Positions 11,436 to 24,749 of a stretch of DNA of 64,000 nt are shown one piece after another. Origin of the DNA: Octopus vulgaris (taxonomy: Eukaryota); contig OX597825.1 in NCBI GenBank assembly GCA_951406725.2, positions 57,226,001 to 57,290,000 on the forward strand. The letters run 5' to 3'. A model generated the notes under the pieces. The model ran no database searches and was not told the origin of the DNA. It saw only the letters and a list, made by a program, of their open reading frames with translations. Both the position numbers and the translations under genes were made by a program. Every line of letters begins with the position of its first letter. Within the stretch, counting starts at the first letter, position 1.

Positions 11436-12628
11436 AAAGTTAATATAAATTAACATGAAATTTTGATGGGAGGTTTTAATTTAGATCCCTTTAAAATGGA
11501 ATTTGAATCATACAACCAAGAATGGTTTCAGACAGGCTGGTATCAGAAGGGTTGAGAAGTGTGCTTTGCAACCACATGTTTCTGAGTTTGAACCTATTGC
11601 ATGGTAATTAGGGTAAGTTGTTTTCTACAATAACTTTGAGTTGACCAACATCTGGTGGATGCAGTTTGATAGACAGAAACTAGGTAGAAGCCTATCATAT
11701 TATATGACTAATTACCTTTACTGGGCTCCACAGTTCATAACTAAAAACAGGTAGAGTGCCGGAAAGATCACCTTATTAGTACAGCCCAGCTTGGTTTTTA
11801 ATCTGTTGTTCATCATTTCAGAGTCGATAAAGAATAAGTACCAGTCATACAACTGGGAGCAATTTAATCAACTGCAAAACCCCTTCCCTTCACACATGTA
11901 TGCTAGACATTTCTATGCTAGAAATCATTATTTAACAATTAGTGGATTGGCAGAATCAATAGAGACATTGGACAAAGTGCCAAACTATATTTAATTATAT
12001 CTCTTTAAGTTCTGAGTTCAAATCCTGTCACTACTCCCTTTGCCTTTCATCATTACTTGAGTTGATAAAATAAGTACTAAAGTAAGTAGACACAGTGTGG
12101 TCAAATGGCCAAAGTGTTCACTTTGCAACCATGAAGTCTGGGTTCAGTTCCGCCACAGCATTTTGGACAAGTTTTCATTTTCTGTAGCCTCAGATCAACC
12201 ATACTTTGTGAATGAGATTGGGCAAGCAGAAACTGTACAGAAGTCTGTTGAATGGATTGTACCTGGTACTGCCTTTTCACACACAGTAACACTGATACTG
12301 CCTGAGGATTATGTTAAGGGTACATGTGTCTGTGGAATACTCAGCCACTTGTTAACTCAACAGGCTGGTAAAATTGCCCAAGTCAACAGAGAGCCATGCA
12401 TCCACATTAATAGTTTATAGTACAGGGGCTGATATACCCAGCTATTGCTTCCCCACCAAAAGGTGTGACAAAATGTTATATATCCTTTATTACTATTGCT
12501 GTGATTATGCAGCTCCATAGCTTGAGAATAGTTACCCCTACCAATTACTAGGTGTGACCCTCAGATCCGTTGTTTCAGAGGTACCAATTCTATGTCTAGT
12601 TGAGGACATTATTGCTCATTGTGATATA

Positions 12629-13522
12629 CAAGGTGCATTCAAAAAGTATCTTTATTTTTTCCAACTTTGTTTTTTCCACCAAAACTAAATGCTGCAAGGG
12701 CAAAATTCTTTGGCTAAAAGGTGACGCAATCCTCCCTGTGGATGTATGAAAATTTTTGCACCAGTAGGCCATATCAGTTCCTGATTGTTATGCCTAGAGT
12801 ACAGATGTGTTGCGTGCGCTCATCAGATTTTCGTTTTCATCAATTGCATCAAGCAGAGATGTTGCATCAAGTTTTGCCAAAGGCTTGGTGATATTCAAGT
12901 TCAAACCATCCAGAAGATACAGCAGGCTTTTGGCAGTGAGGCCATGGGTAAAACTCAAGATCAAGGGGGTGATACAACCATTTCAAACATGTCTGCATCT
13001 CAGTGGAGAGCAAGGCATGCTCATGGTTGTGATCCACAAGCTGAAATGAGGAGCTGATTGAGAAAGTTTGACAAATAGTCATGGAAGACCATCATATAAC
13101 AACCCAGGAAATTGCTCACAAAGTGTGAATAAGCACAGGATCAGTGCATTCCATTTTGTGCATGCAAAGAGTGTCAGTGAAGTTTATCCCCAAAGTGCTG
13201 GTAGAGCAGCAGAAGGACATATTGAATTAAGCAAACCATGACCCAGACTTCATGAAGAACATCATCACTGGTGATTAGACATGAGTTTATGGTCTCTGCT
13301 CAATGCATTTGGTCATCTTGTGTAGCAATGCAAATCCAATGAGTGCACACTACACATCTGTACTCTAGGTGTACCAGTTGGGAACTGACATGGCATATGA
13401 GTGCAAAAGTTTTCATGCATACTCAGGAAAGGTGGCCTTATCTCCCACCCAAAGTATTTTGCCCACATGGCATTAATTTTGGTAGGAAAAAATAAAGTTG
13501 GATACTTTTTGAACGTTCCTCA
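12629..13522 (+). mobile_element. Internally deleted mariner DNA transposon with transposase pseudogene
   Basis: TA-flanked imperfect TIRs of about 120 bp (CAAGGTGCATTCAAAAAGTATC / GATACTTTTTGAACGTTCCTCA); translation IKQRCCIKFCQRLGD..TIQKIQQAFGSEAMGKTQ (mariner N-terminal HTH) and DPDFMKNIITGD (first catalytic D); remainder of the DD34D domain is missing. Confidence 0.9.
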
Positions 13523-14396
13523 TACAGTGGTTAATTTTATGGAATGCAGTCTTACCAGCTGTGCAAGCTGTGCTCTAAATTCTGTTTATTTGTTGATATT
13601 TAGTTCTAGGTCAACTCTGATGAAGCAGATCTATGATCAGAAGGCATTCTAATCATGATCATTCCATCAGTTTTGTTATTTCTATATACTGTATCTAGGA
13701 TCACAATATCAAGACCTCTCCCTTTTTTATAAATATGGTCAGTGACCAATATAAGGGGCTTCCTTGTCTGTGGATTATGTTGGTGACCGCAATGAAGAAT
13801 ACATCTATTTGAATGCAACAGCTGCCGTTCCTTTGCACTCATGCAGAACCGACTCATTCACATGCTTTTATGTTTGATATTTAGAGCGTCTCCATTCTTG
13901 ATTGTCATAAAGCACAGCTGTTCCCCTCCTTGTATTCTTTGTGCTCCACTATAATGTTCCAACTATGATCACTTCTGGTATATTATATCTAAGACTGAGT
14001 TAATCAATACATATCAACCAATTTTTTAGATGGAAGAGTAGTGTTTGAGGCAGAGTTTGATACTATTTTTAGCAGGTCAAACAACCATATACATTGATGT
14101 TACTGGTAGAGACACATAATATGAAACTGAGGATGTACCAAAGCTAATGGAGGATAAAGATCCCTAGCACAGAATTGTAATAAGTGTCTTAGTTGTGGTC
14201 ACTTTAAGAGGAAGAATGTTGTGAGGCATTTACTGTATTTTATCAGCTCTGTCATGTGGTCAGTGGAAAATCAACTCTCACATTCCATAAAGGGTTTGTG
14301 GAGGATATGAACAATAACAGCTGTTTAGATCTTGACTGGACATTCAGTCTGTTTTGGCAACTGTGCTTTTTGGCTCTGAAGACAAACACACACATG

Positions 14397-14850
14397 CACA
14401 GGTGTGGCTGTGTGGTAAGAAGCTTGCTTCCCAACCACATGGTTCTGGGTTCAGTCCCACTGCATTGCACCTTGGGAAAGTGCTTCTACTGTTGCCTCAG
14501 GTTGACCAAAGCCTTGTGAGTAGATTTAGTAGACAGAAACTGAAAGAAGCTCGTCATATGTATGTATGTATGAATGTATGTATGTATGTGTGTATGTATG
14601 TGTGTATGTATGTATGTATGTATGTATGTATGTATGTATGTATGGGTGTGTCTTTATGTCTGTTTGTCCTCCCACCATCACTTGACAACTGACGTTAGTG
14701 TGTTTATATCCTTGTAACTTAGCAGTTTATTAAAAGAGACACATAGAGTAAGTACTAGACTTACAAAGATTAAGTCCTGAGGTCAATTTCTTTGACTAAA
14801 AAACTGTTCGACATGGCCACAGTCAAATGACTGAAACAAGGAAAAGAATA
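14397..14850 (+). mobile_element. Family B SINE
   Basis: Full head, (TATG)n linker, L2-like tail ending CAGTCAAATGACTGAAACAAG. Confidence 0.85.
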
Positions 14851-15117
14851 AAAAAATACACAAACTCACATGTGCAGAAATATATATATATACAGATAAA
14901 AAGAAGAGAGGGAGAGACATTACAATTTATTAATTGAACACAACTGAGATAAGCATTTTTCCTCTTCTCATAGGAGAGAGAAATATGTTAATATATGTAA
15001 ACAAAGAGAAGAGGAGGAAGAGAGAGAGGGAAAGAAATAATAAGATGTCAGATGTCAAATAATTTAGTATCAAATCAGTGTTGTGAAAATGATTGTGCCA
15101 AAAGGTCTTATACTCTT

Positions 15118-15845
15118 TTGGACCTTTAGCATTTAAAGTGGCCATATCAGGCCCAAATATTCTGTCTGTTTTATGCTCAAACCAGCCAGATCTAGCCTCT
15201 CACACCGTCCCTACAATGTCATTCTGACAATAAACAAATCACATCACTGAAATCTTGAAGCTATGAGATAATGCATGATAAATTCAAAACAGTGTAAATA
15301 AACAAGTGTCAGATTTGACAGAGTAATCTGAATACTGAGGAGTTAAAGAGGTCAGTTTGAGTAGCCCCTTCAAGAGGACCTTTAACCTTTAACCTTTTAG
15401 CATTGAGATTACACTGTCAAATGTAATGCTTGTTTATTCACATTGTTTTGAATTGATCATGCATTATCTCACAGCTTGAAGATTTCAGTGACATGATTGT
15501 TTAATGTCAGAATGACATTAATCACAGCCTCGATGAGCGATGGCTAGAAGAATATTGAGCTTTATTTGATAACCAGTTGATCTAGCAAGTGGAGCCTCAT
15601 ATCAGTGAGGGGAGCCAGTGCACATTGATGCTGTCGATAGGTAGGCCCTGAAACAGCGCACATTTTCTCCTGATGACCCCATACACTTGCTGGCTTCCGG
15701 TATACGGAGTTTTTGACTGGTAGCTCTTGCATGTGCAAGGTGTTTGTAAGACATCTAGGTGTGAAAACCTGGAAGCGTCTGATTAAAACTTAGAACAGGA
15801 AGGATATTTGGGCTGGATGTGGCCAGTTTAAATGTTAAAGGGTTA
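15118..15845. mobile_element. Two piggyBac-type MITE copies in inverted orientation; the second carries an insertion of about 250 bp
   Basis: Termini TTAA-CC(C/T)TTTAGCATT ... AATG(C/T)TAAAGGG-TTA; 15118-15346 is the reverse complement of 15390-15519 plus 15776-15845. Confidence 0.7.
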
Positions 15846-16024
15846 TGTCAGGGATTATGGAAAGCTTCCATAAGTCCTTGACTTGCCACTGTTTCAGGAA
15901 TCTTTGTTGTTTTAGAATAGATTTTAACTTTACAGGCATGGCTATCTTGGAGCTATTAACAACTGATTCTGTCCAAAATATGTAGAAGGTGATGAAACTG
16001 ACCATGATGTATTGTTTAATGTCT

Positions 16025-16865
16025 CTTTTACTCTTTTACTTGTTTCAGTCATTTGACTGTGGTCATGCTGGAGCATCGCCTTTAGTCGAGTAAATCGACC
16101 CCAGGACTTATTCTTTGTAAGCCTAGTACTTATTTTATCGATCTCTTTTGCTGAACCGCAAAGTTACGGGGACATAAACACACCAGCATCGGTTGACAAG
16201 CGATGTTGGGGGGACAAACACAGACACACACATATATATATATATACACATATATATGACAGGCTTCTTTCAGTTTCCGTCTACCAAATGCACTCACAAG
16301 GCTTTGGTTGGCCCGAGGCTATAGTAGAAGACACTTGCCCAAGGTGCCACACAGTGGGAATGAGCCTGGAACCATGTGGTTGGTAAGCAAGCTGCTTACC
16401 ACACAGCCACTCGTTACTGATTTCTAAGTTCATGTTTTAAAGCTATTTTTACATGCAGTTCAGATCTAGCTCTTGGCTAAATCTATTATGAAAATCAAAT
16501 CATTATTTTCCCTTTCTTACCTTTTTATCTTTTACCTGTTTCAGTTATTAGACAGTGGTTATACTGATGCACTGCCTTGAAGGGGTTTAATCAAACAAAT
16601 TGAGCCAGGACTTATTTAAGCCTAGTACTTATTGTAACAGTCTCTTTTGCCAAACCGTTAAGTCACAGGGATGTAAACACACCAAAACCAGTTATCTGGT
16701 GGGGGTCGAACACACACACACACATCTACTAAATCCACCCACAAGACCTTTGTGGGTGGCCTGAGGCTAGCTACAGTAGAAGACACTTGTCCAAAATGGG
16801 ACTGAACCCAGAACCATGTGGCTGGGAAGCAAGCTTCTTACCACACAGCCATGACTGCACCTTTA
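16025..16865 (-). mobile_element. Two tandem family B SINEs
   Basis: Reverse complements of the family B consensus at 16025-16412 and 16520-16862. Confidence 0.85.
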
Positions 16866-16979
16866 AGTAAGTAACTTACACAAAAGTTCCTTCTAATTTG
16901 TTACCAAGGGTAGAAGCTCCATAAGATGCACCCGGTGTAAGTTTTGGACACATAAAAAGTGCAGCAACATCAGAGGAAG

Positions 16980-18110
16980 GTTAACAGGGAAACTAACTTT
17001 TGTATGTGGAAGATGCACAGGTACAATAAATGCTGAAAATAGACTCCATCAACTGTCAGCGGGGCAAGCCAGAGACAGTAGATAGCTTCCATTATGTAGG
17101 TGACTAAGTTGGTAGTGGAGGTGAATGCTCCAAGAGCGTAGCTGTGAGAATAAGATTAGGCTGGGCAAAGTTCAGAGAGCTCCTGCCTGTGCTGGCAACA
17201 AAGGGCCTCTCTCTCTCAGAATGAAAGACAGATTGTTTGATGCCTGTGTGCAAACAGCTTTGTTGCATGGCAGTGAAACATGAGCTATGACAGCCGAGGA
17301 AATGCATAGGCTTGAAAGAAATGAAGCCAGTATGCTTTGCTGGATGTGCAATGTCAGTGTGCATGTTTGACAGAGTGTACACATCTTGAGAGAAAAGTTA
17401 GGCATAAGAGGAATCAGATGTAGTATGCAAGAGATGACTGTGCTGGTATGGTCATGTGATGTGTATGGACGAAGACAGCTGTGTAAAGAAGTGCTGATCT
17501 CTAACTGTAGAGGGAACCTGTGGTAGAGGTAGACCCAGGAACACAAGGGACAAGATGGTGAAGCATCATCTTTGAACTTTGGGCCTCACAAAGGCAATGA
17601 CTAGTGACCGAGACGTTTGATGATGTGCTGTGCTTGAGAGGATTTGTCAAGACAAGTGAATCCATGTTGGAGGCATGTAAAGAGCATCTTTTGAATGTTG
17701 GGCCTCACAAACGCAAAGTGGCTGAGTTCCTTTCAAGTGTTGGGCCTCACAGAGACAATGACCAAGACCTTTGGCATTATGTCGTGCTTGAGAAGAAGAC
17801 ACATCAAGCCAAGCAAAATCGCAGTCGTTGCAGATACCGGCATCACACAAATCAGCACCCATGCCAGTGGCATGTAAATGCACCCCGGTGTCACGCAAAT
17901 GGCACTCATGCCAGTGGCATGCAAAAGTACCCATTACACTCTCAGAGTGGTTGGTGTTAGGAAGAGCATCCAGCCATAGAAAACCATGCCAAATCAGACT
18001 GGAGTCTGGTGCAGCCTTCCAGCGTACCAGCCCAGTCAAAACCCATGCCAAAATGGACAATGGACGTTAAATGATGATGATGATGAGGATGATGACGACG
18101 ATGATGATGG
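16980..18110 (+). mobile_element. 5'-truncated RTE-clade LINE (ORF C-terminus, 3'UTR, (GAT)n tail)
   Basis: Translation VRIRLGWAKFRELLPVLATKGLSLRMKDRLFDACVQTALLHGSET..RLERNEASMLCWMC..WYGHV..VEGTCGRGRPR, with stops. Confidence 0.9.
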
Positions 18111-20696
18111 TATGCACAGAAATTTGCATTGTATGCAAATTTTGTCTTTCTTTGCAAAGATTATGTACACCCATGTAAGTAATCATCACTGAAATTACTT
18201 CATTTATAAAATCTGATTTCATCTTGAAAGCCTTGTGTGTGCACATTCTTTTCTTTTCCAAGTGCCCAGTTAAGAGGGACCACTGACTCTTACTATGCCT
18301 TGTTAGAGTAAACTTTGGTGTGTCAGAGAAATTTGTGGTTGTGTGTGGAGTGCCCTAAACAACCCTCTTTGGTTACCGACTCCTATTTCAAGTATAGTTT
18401 TTTTGTTACATTGTTGTTCCACTTTATTATTTTTATATATTAATATCTTTATTTCTATTGTTGATCTCACCCTTTTACTCCTGTAAGCCCCCCCTCCACA
18501 CTCACACACACACACACACACACCATTGTTTCTTGTTGTTTTATCTAGTATTTCATCTTTTTATTACCCCGACCTCATTGCCTTAGAGTCTTGTGGACAA
18601 TAGAAACATCGTTATTTTTATTATTTGTGCTTGTGGTGATGGAATTTAAGTGAAAACTGGATAGTTTGTCATAGTAATTAAATAAAGACAAAAATAGCAA
18701 CAAAAGTGATAATAATAATAAATAATAACAACAACAAAAGCTTGTAAACATAACATCTGTTTGTGTGTGTGAATAAGTGTGGAGGTAATTGTCTTTAAAT
18801 ATCATATTGATTCCATGGTCCAATGACTCTTTAACTCCATTCCCCTCTCTCCCTGTATGTACACACACATATACACACACATACAGAAGCACAGAGTTTA
18901 GATTTCTTATTTTAAATGCAGCTGGCACTTTAGGACACTCCCTTCATTAACTATTGACTGGTGCTCACGACTTCAGCTCCTTTCAACAATATTGCTCTCC
19001 CTAGCAGTGTCAAGCAGCAGTGATGCAATCAAGGGACATGCAGAGTCTTTTGGCCTTAGCTGTAGCATGATCTACTCCTATTGTTCATTGTCATTACCTC
19101 ACCAAACCCACATCAACCGCGCAGCAACTATCTTGTTTTGCTACATGCTGAAGGTTTTTTTCTCTGCCCTCAGTTTTGGCCTTTCTCTCATACACCTCTG
19201 TAACAACCATGATGAAATATTCTCTGGTACTTTCTGTAGTTCACAAATCCCTACTTTATGATTCTCTCTAAACCCAATACCACTGACACAATATATTATA
19301 GACCTAGCTACAAATCCAAGATATGTCTCTTTACAGGAAGTTTTGTAAACTTTACTCTTCTCATGCTTCATATAACTCCCTAAGTCCTTCACATTTCAGG
19401 TCTCCCCTTTCATGTGCTTACTCCATATTGCTTTTCCCAGGCACTATCAGTGCTACAATCACGCTCTTATTTGTCAAGTCAGACCATGTCATTAGATCAG
19501 ATCATTACTTCATTTGCCTCTCTGGGCATCAACACATTTAAGTCTTGATATCTGGTAGCTGACAAGGAAGAAGTTTATCTACCATCTTTCCAACAACTTT
19601 GGCCACTTTTTTGAAACCAGTACCTCTACAACTTGCGGACATGCTTATAAACATTTTTAAAAACCACCGCTGTACCCACAACCTTTGGAAACATATTTTC
19701 ATGCTCAGTATTGTTCAAGCAGGAAAAATAACCAAAAACTTCTCATGTCAATTGTTAGCTGTCAGGACACTGCATTCTTAAAAAATTCCATGCTTTTTAT
19801 TCACTAATACTACCACTTCATGGCTCTTCTGATAGTAATTTTTCTGTCTTTTTGTGTTGTATTTTGTGTATTGTGATTGTACTTCTAGCTTTCATTGTCA
19901 TCTTTCTTTACTTGGAGCTTATATTTCTATTTTCTGTCCCTTCATTTAACCTTTTCCAAAGGGATGTAGTGCACATGAACACTATATAATAAACTCATTA
20001 TTATTTTATTTTTTTACAATTCCTTTTTATTGTAGTATTGCTTGGCGACATAAGAACTTCCTTCAAATCCACTTGCAGCTTTCAGTTATCATTGGCATCA
20101 TTCAAAGATCTGTGACTTTGGGTTTTTATTTGTCTATGTTCATGCATTGTCCTTTCTCATCTTATAGAAAAATAACTGACTGTAGCTTGGTGTTGCACAT
20201 CCCCATCTCATTGCTGTTCTGCTGCTTTAGTGCATTAGCATATATATATAAGATTTGGATATGTCACCAAATATACACAGCTAGAAACCATTTGCATGTT
20301 TCATGAACAGAATCCAACAAACCAGTATACGTTCACCTTGTTGACTTTCATCACATCATTCTGACCCCACTATTTCAGATTGGTTGAGGATGTGAGCAAA
20401 TTGTACATCAATCCCAGAAGGAACTGCAAACTGGGTAAATCCATTTTGCACAATATGCTTCACGATACTTCCTTTATTCAGCTGTTTTGAAAGCTGCCCT
20501 TTTGCAATGGCTTCCATACCTAACTCTACACTTTTTGTCACATTTTTGCTGTTCTTTCATCATGGCGAATTTCTCTTGTCCTGATATCTTGATACATACT
20601 GCACATGTACACACACACATACATACACATGCGCACACACACACACACATGTCTAACTCATGCCTATATGGAAAGCAGATGTTAAATGATGATATC

Positions 20697-21030
20697 CATG
20701 GCTCAGTGGTTAGAGCATCGAGCTTACGATCGTGAGGTTGTGAGTCTGATTCTCGGACTGGGCTGCGTGTTGTGTTCTTGAGCAAGACTCTTTATTTCTT
20801 GTTGGTCTAGTTCACTCAGCTGTAGAAATGAATTGCGATGTCACTGGTGCCAAGCTGTATCAGCCTTTGCCTTTCCCTTGGATGACATCGGTGGTGTGGA
20901 GAGGAGAGGAGAGGCTGGTATGCATGGGCGACTGCTGGTCTTCCATAAACAACTTTGCCTGGACTTGTGTCTCGGAGGGTAACTTTCTAGGTGCAATCCC
21001 ATGGTTATTCAATACCGAAGTGGGTCACCC
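20697..21030 (+). mobile_element. tRNA-derived SINE with V-domain-like core
   Basis: A-box TGGCTCAGTGG; core TGTTGTGTTCTTGAGCAAGAC..GTTCACTCAGCTGTAGAAATG. Confidence 0.7.
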
Positions 21031-21061
21031 ACACATACATATTATAAACCATCTATCTAGC

Positions 21062-21095
<34 letters not shown>

Positions 21096-21099
21096 TGAA

Positions 21100-21534
21100 T
21101 ATATGTGTAAGTAAGCATGTGTGTGTGTATGTGGTGTGACAGAGACAGACAGACAAATAGATATATAGTAACACAGAGAGTGAGAGTAACAGACAGATAG
21201 AAATATATATATATATATGTGTAGGTGGGGAAAGAGAGAGCGAGAGAGAGAGCCACAGAGAGAGAGAGAGAGAAAGCCAGACAAACAGATAGATATATAT
21301 AGTAACATCAAGAAAAGAATGAGAAAAAGGGAGAGAGGGAGGCAGATAAGAAGATAGAAAGATAGAGTCAAAGACAGAGTATTGGAGAAAGGGGCAAAAG
21401 GCAAAGAGAATAATATCTTTATTTAAGTATATTAGATAATAATATGATAGTTTCTCTTGTTGGATGTTGTTGTTGTTGTTATTGGATGGAATGTTGTGTG
21501 TAAGGTAGGGGAGCGAAGAATGAAGGTAGAGAGA

Positions 21535-21573
<39 letters not shown>

Positions 21574-21622
21574 ATGTAAAAGAAAGAGTGAGGTGTGTCT
21601 ACTTGAAAGAAAAATACTGAGG

Positions 21623-21663
<41 letters not shown>

Positions 21664-22058
21664 CAAGTGAGAAGGAATGTGTGAAAGAAAGTTAGAGGGG
21701 AGCAGAGAGAGAGGGGGAATATGTATGAAAGAGAGAGAGAGTGTGTAGGGAGAAGAGATGTATGTGTGTGTGTGTGTGTGTGTGCATAAGGGTCAGTGAG
21801 AGTAGGGGGAAAGAGAAAGTGAGAAGGCATGTGTCTGAAAACAAGAGAGTGAGTATGGGATATAGAGAAGTGGAGGGGAGAGAGAGAGAGAGAGTGTGTG
21901 TGTGTGTGTGTGTCTGTGTGTGTTTGTGTAAAAGAAAGGGAGAAAGAGGGTGCACATGTGCAAGAACAGGAGGGCAAGTGAGAGAAAAGAGGGGGGAAAA
22001 GAGAGAAATGCGTGTATGTAAAGAGAAGAGTGAGAATGAGAGAGAGAGAGAGGGAGAG

Positions 22059-22098
<40 letters not shown>

Positions 22099-22315
22099 GA
22101 GAAAGAGTGAAGAAAGTCAGAGAGAGAGAGAGAGGAGGAGGAGTAAGAGGGCAAAAGAGAGAGAGAGGAGGAGGAGGAGGAGTAAGAGAGAGAAAGAGTG
22201 AGAGGGTGGTGAAGAGGTGAAGAAAAAAGAAATGGGGAAAAGGAAAGAAAAATAAAGATAAGCAAGTAGAAAGAAAGAGAAAGAAAGAGAAAGAAAAGAA
22301 AAAGAAGTGAAAGAT
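21100..22315. repeat. 1.2-kb strand-asymmetric (GA)n/(GT)n purine-rich tract
   Basis: Direct inspection; C is scarce on the plus strand. Confidence 0.9.
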
Positions 22316-22669
22316 AAGTTATATGTTTAACTGTAAGTTTTAATATACCAAGCAGGGTGTCATTATGGGGTCATTCTACATGCTAGAAATAGCAACTAAA
22401 TTTCCCTCAAGTCGCAGACTATAGTCTTCAAGAAGAAAATATAAAAAAAGAAGTATTAAAGATATAGTTCTAGATACAGTTTGAATGATAAATGGGAGAG
22501 TCGTGTTTGGAAGGTCTTTGATGTTAGTTTCTGTTGGGTATTTCGAGTTGACCTGAGGATAAAGAACAGACAACTGTGTTTTTGATTATAAAATATTCTG
22601 GTGTGTTTTATTTTTGTTCTTTTTATTTTTCTTCTTCTTCTGTTGTGAATTTCCGAGTACAGTGATGGC

Positions 22670-23110
22670 ATCAGCATCATCACCATCATTGTCATAATTA
22701 TCGTTGTAGTACCTTTCATCCTCTCCACTACCTCCTCATCATCTCCACCCACCACTACTACCATCATCATCATCATCATCATTGTTAACTGCCTTTCCAT
22801 CATTATCCTACACAAAGTTACCATCACCACCACCACCATTGTCAACACCCACTATCAATACTACCACCATTCCCACCACCATTACCATCACCAACATCAT
22901 CATTCCATCACCACCATCACTACTCTCATCACCATCATTTACACCAGAGCCACCACCACCACCATCACTGCCTCCATTACCACCCCCATCATCATCATTC
23001 CCCACCACTGCCACCATGAATCAGAAGAAAGAGGCTGCGTTAAGAGAAGAACAGAACACCACTAACTGTTGTAACAACAACTACAGCAACAACAATACGA
23101 TCAATAGTAA
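22670..23110. repeat. (CAT)/(CAC)/(CAA) low-complexity tract
   Basis: Direct inspection. Confidence 0.85.
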
Positions 23111-23576
23111 CAATAACATCTTTATCTGAATGTGTAAACCAACTTGCACAATCTCTTTGGCACCTCCTCCCTCTTACACACACAAGATGCACATGCACAG
23201 AAACATATACATGAAACACACTCTCACACACATACTGTCACACACAGTCACATAGGCTCACATATATAGACACACATGTACAGGCATACACATAAACACA
23301 TGTACACATGCACATACTGTCACACACAGGCAACATAGACTCATATATATAGATAGACACACATACTGTCACACACAGGCACATAGACTCATATATATAG
23401 ATAGACACACATACAGACACATACACAGACAGACATGCAAACAAATAGATATACATACACATGCATATACTGGCACACATATACAGACACATAGAGACAC
23501 TCATGCAGACCATTAGACATATAGATACACAAATACATGCAGACACATACAAACACTGGTACTTACATACTGACAC

Positions 23577-23865
23577 ATCATCATCATCGTTTAACATCCA
23601 TTTTCCATGCTAGCATGGGTTGGACGGTTCGACCTAGTTCTGGGAAACCAGGAGGCTGCACCAGGCTCCAGTCTGATCTGGCAGTGTTCCTACAGCTGGA
23701 TGCCCTTCCTAATGCCAACCACTCCGTGAGTGTAGTGGGTGCTTTTTACATGCCACCGGCACAGGGGCCAGGGGAGGCTAGCAACGGCCACGATCGGTTG
23801 GTATATTTTATGTGCCACCGACACGGAAGCCAGCCAAGGCGGTGCTGACATCGAGCCAAGGTGGC
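23577..23865 (-). mobile_element. RTE 3'UTR fragment
   Basis: (CAT)n tail plus TTTTCCATGCTAGCATGGGTTGGAC terminus. Confidence 0.8.
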
Positions 23866-24670
23866 GCTATGTAACAGAACCCTACAGAGACACTTGTGCA
23901 GATAGACATAGCCCTCATACAGACAGTCGAATACCTGTACATAAACTGCACAGACATCCAAATATACACTCACACATACAGACACAGAAATGGAAACACA
24001 TAGATACGGACACTCATGTATATGCAGACACAGATGAATACACACACATGAATCTAATAATGATCATTCTCTCATTCATTTATGCAATTTTTAATGACTG
24101 CTTGAACCAATCCATGACAGGCACTCCACTGGCTGCCAGTGTGACATGTAAATACCAGGTGTGACTTGGTCTATTTGCTTCTTTTGTAGCTGCACCTGGT
24201 AGTGCTAAGTATGTCAAACTTCCATATCTCACACTTCCATTTTGTCAAACCCCACTCAAGCAGGGATATCACTAAAATGAACAACAGACAGTAATGTGTG
24301 CCACTTTTGAGGGAGTTGCTGTTGATGTTACCCCTCTTCAAAATAGTTTATAATCTGTCTTTGAAATACTTCCACTCAAGTGTTGGTCATGTTGTAGCAG
24401 GACATAAAAGATTCTTTGAATAACACTTAAGTCAGGCATATATATTACATGTTCGAGCCACCTCAGATCGGCCTGTGTTAGTGTAAATTCAATGATACTG
24501 GTGTTTGGTTCTACCCACATATACACATGAAAATATACTCACACACAGTGACATATATATACATGGATACACATACATAAATACATGCATACACACACAT
24601 GCACTTTAAAAGTAGTTTATATTGTTACTGAAACTGTGAAGTGACCGGAATGTGAAACATGACAGAATGA

Positions 24671-24730
24671 TAGAATATCACTCTGAGTTATAGAATGTCA
24701 CTTTGAATTATAGAATGTCACTTTGAATTG
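24671..24730. repeat. 20-bp minisatellite, three copies
   Basis: TAGAATGTCACTTTGAATTA units. Confidence 0.85.
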
Positions 24731-24749
24731 TCTCACACTGTATCATTGT

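Noticed and set aside
21057-22265. 277-aa and 199-aa Ser/Leu/His ORFs
   Set aside because: Products of the (CT)n/(CA)n strand of the polypurine tract
23010-23129. Perfect GCCACCATG context before MNQKKEAALREEQ..
   Set aside because: Arises within a CAC-rich tract where such context is expected by chance; short ORF with an Asn-repeat end
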